Made by a program: the position numbers and the translations under genes
Source: Catajapyx aquilonaris
Lineage: Eukaryota
Direction: 5' to 3'
Assembly: GCA_000934665.2 (NCBI GenBank)
Contig: JYFJ02003645.1
Coordinates: forward strand, 1-39,242
DNA length: 39,242 bases
Notes under the pieces: generated by a model
Database searches by the model: none
What the model was told of the DNA's origin: nothing
The model's input: only the letters and a program-made list of their open reading frames with translations
In this document: piece after piece, positions 36,702-39,242 of the stretch
Layout: every line of letters begins with the position of its first letter
How positions within the stretch are numbered: the stretch's first letter is position 1

Positions 36702-36982
36702 CCGTCAATTGGGGTGAGATTGTGCCAGGTGGGGTGAGATTGTGCCAGGTGGGGTGAGATTGTGCCAGGTGGGGTGAGATTGTGCCAGGTGGGGTGAGGT
36801 TGTGCCAGCGCATTTTGTGGACAACAGTGCGCCCTACCGATAATTTTACCCGTCATTGCCAACATTTACCATCCTTCAATACAGTGAAACATGCCTTAGC
36901 CAGTAGATAGCACTGTTGTCCCCAAAAAAATGCGCTGGCACAATCTCACCCCACCTTGTACAATCTCACCTCCAATTGACGA
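36702..36982. mobile_element. pogo/Tc1-type MITE (family B relative) with an expanded 20-bp subterminal repeat
   Basis: TA|ccgtcaattggggtgagattgtgcca ... caatctcacctccaattgacga|TA. ggggtgagattgtgccaggt occurs x5 in the left arm (36711-36808) and x2 inverted in the right arm. The inner arms cagcgcattttgtggacaacagtgc and gcactgttgtccccaaaaaaatgcgctg also pair. Confidence 0.9.
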
Positions 36983-38967
36983 TATTGTTGAAGATGACCC
37001 ACGTGAATCAGCTACTGAAGAACTTCCATGTACTACCTCATTATTTTGTTGTGTTTTTTTTGGTTGTCAGACGATTTGGAGCCTTTTGTTCTGCTGCATC
37101 TCCATTTTCTGCAGAAGCCAAATAATTTGGTTGGCCGGATAAAACGCACAGGCTCATACCCTTCATCCATGTTTAACCTGCAGACCTCCCCTCCCTCCCT
37201 GGAGCATAGTTTGACTAGTGGCAGCCGTGAGCCGACAGAGCCTCCTTTGTTGGCAAGTGAGTAATGGACGCGCATATTGAATGCATGGATAGGTCCACAA
37301 GTAGCTCCTCTGTCGGCGCCTGCTGCCAGCCCTCTTAGCACCCACCACCCAACCACCTTTTTCTATATATTAATATCACCACTTTTTTGAGGGAGCTAAA
37401 ATCGCTGCACTCTTTGTTGTCGACCATTGAAAAAGAGGCCGTCATTTGACAGCAATGAAGCAAGAGGGCCAAGCATAGTAATTTTGATGGAGCTACCAGC
37501 TCCTTTTATGAAAACTGTCTTGTGCAGCCAGCATTTTACAGTAGAGTCACCCCCCCTGTTATTTGCCTGACTAAACGCAGGCATGGCGTCAAAACCAACA
37601 TTGAACGCGACGGGCGTGGACACTTTGCCTCAAGATTGGTTGTGGGGGGAACGTCGATGGCGCAGTTTGATGGCTGCACCAATTATGTATGCTGGAAGGG
37701 GGAAAAGGAGTGGCAGCTTCACAATGGAACCCATTGTCATAGGGGGGAAGTGGGCACCACAAAAATGTCCACAACAAACAACATGCTGTGGTGTCAACTT
37801 ACCCCCAAAAAATGCAAGTGGAACACCTATCTATAATATTAAAATCGTAGTGGGCATGTTTGCAGAGGTCTTCTGATTGGACCGCCGCAAATTGTTACCT
37901 CGAAGCTTCCTATTGGCCCGCGTTCTACGCATGCGTAGTGGGTGTATGCAGCGCCTCTGGTGGAATGGAGGAACATCCAACAGGACTACAACTAACTATA
38001 CCGGTTGCAATATTAAAATCCTTCGTTGCTGTTTACTTCTTCTGGTTGGTCAGCCACATATTGTTACCGCGACACTTCCGATTGGCCCTCCCCACACAAC
38101 AATGTGAGTAAACAGTGTCCTTTTGTTGACACTGTTTACTAATATTGTTGAGATCATTTCAATGGACATTTGAAAAGTGGGAAGTTCTAGAAGTGCATTC
38201 TAGACATTCTATAGATGGACAGCAATATGTCCACCACCGCAGGCCACAGGTCTAGAAAAAAAAGCGACGAGCGGTTTTCTATGCCCGCGCCTTAGGAAAA
38301 CACGAGCGTAACGATGGTTTTTTAAAAAGTACAATATATTAAGTTGAACCCTGCCAGATATAATGTAATTTTCCCTCTCAGGTTGAGAGTTTTCCAGAAT
38401 CCAGGTTTTTTGGAGCGGCTCATTAAAACTTGAGAAATATGTCCATCCCTTGGCTGTTTATTTACCGTAATTGTAGGGTTGGGTGGGAGATATAAGCAGA
38501 GAGGTGATTCCAGCAGGTTGGGGGGGAGTTTGTTCCAGCAGCGCAGGCTTCGTGTATTCTTTGGAATTGCTGGCGCCGTTTTCCAGCAGCCGCAAGCCAC
38601 GCGAGCGGCCCAAAGAGTAATATTTATTGCTGTGGGGGGTGGAGGGAGGGGGGAGGTAGTTACAAGTGGGAGGGTTGGGAGGTTTATATCGTATGTTAAG
38701 TAATAGCCTTGGCAAAGTTGGCCAAGAATGTGCAAGCTCGACCAACGTTTGCTGCTATTTTCCAACCTTCCGTTTATTTTAGCCCCCCGGAGTGTATAGA
38801 TCCGGTGGGGATAGATCCGGAAAGCTCGTTAGGAGGCGTGCCGTATGTTATGCAACCTAGTCATCGCGCCTGTTGTTTATTGCAGCTCTCGGTGTTTCCT
38901 CTCTAAACACTCGAGACATTCAGATTCTGAGCGATATCGAGTGATCTGATGATATCCCTCGTAAATA

Positions 38968-39242
38968 CAGGGTGTTTCAACTTTTTGTCCGAACAGTTAT
39001 ACCGGAAAATTGCACGTAGCTGTTACTTTGTAAGCAGTGACTTGCAACCGGTGATTTCTCGGAGGAATGGGGAATGAGGAAAAAGAGGGTCACACATCCC
39101 ATGGCATGTGTGACCCTCTTTTTCCAGGCTTGACCCTCACTTTTCATCGGGCAGCACGTATGCCACTTCAACCTACGATTCGCAGGGAATATTCCCCGTT
39201 CCTCCGAAAAATCACCGTTTGCAAGTCACTGCTTACAAAGTA
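38968..39242. mobile_element. Tc1/mariner-type MITE (family C copy 2), cut off by the window end
   Basis: TA|cagggtgtttcaactttttgtcc... is colinear and closely similar to 22831-23112, including the internal hairpin. Confidence 0.9.

Noticed and set aside
36711..36808. CRISPR-like appearance of regular short repeats (also 1634-1730)
   Set aside because: Head-to-tail units with no unique spacers, located inside TIR elements, with no cas genes and a eukaryotic context.

Overview
Eukaryotic, almost entirely non-coding DNA, probably from an arthropod: it carries (CCTAA/TTAGG)n-type tracts, Tc1/mariner/pogo-type MITEs and a DINE-1/HINE-like element. None of the supplied ORFs gives a protein I recognise. 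The best gene signal is a 55-nt + strand exon at 1872-1926 with good splice sites, which reads as a signal peptide (MEMWNRAGFLLAVLMLLK) ending in a phase-1 donor. I found no convincing partner exon downstream, so most of the window is plausibly one intron of more than 37 kb. Inside it is a strong acceptor fused directly to a donor (branch point TACTAAC, pyrimidine tract, CAG|GTATGT at 31154-31190), a candidate recursive-splicing ratchet point, plus several weaker sites of the same kind. The rest is small non-autonomous transposons (one nested pair, two families present twice), a V/Meta-type SINE core inside a CCTAA tract, a higher-order CCTAA-derived satellite, and a dispersed repeat with CTCF-like motifs. 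I see no prokaryotic operon, CRISPR array or rRNA, and no evidence for a new multi-gene system.
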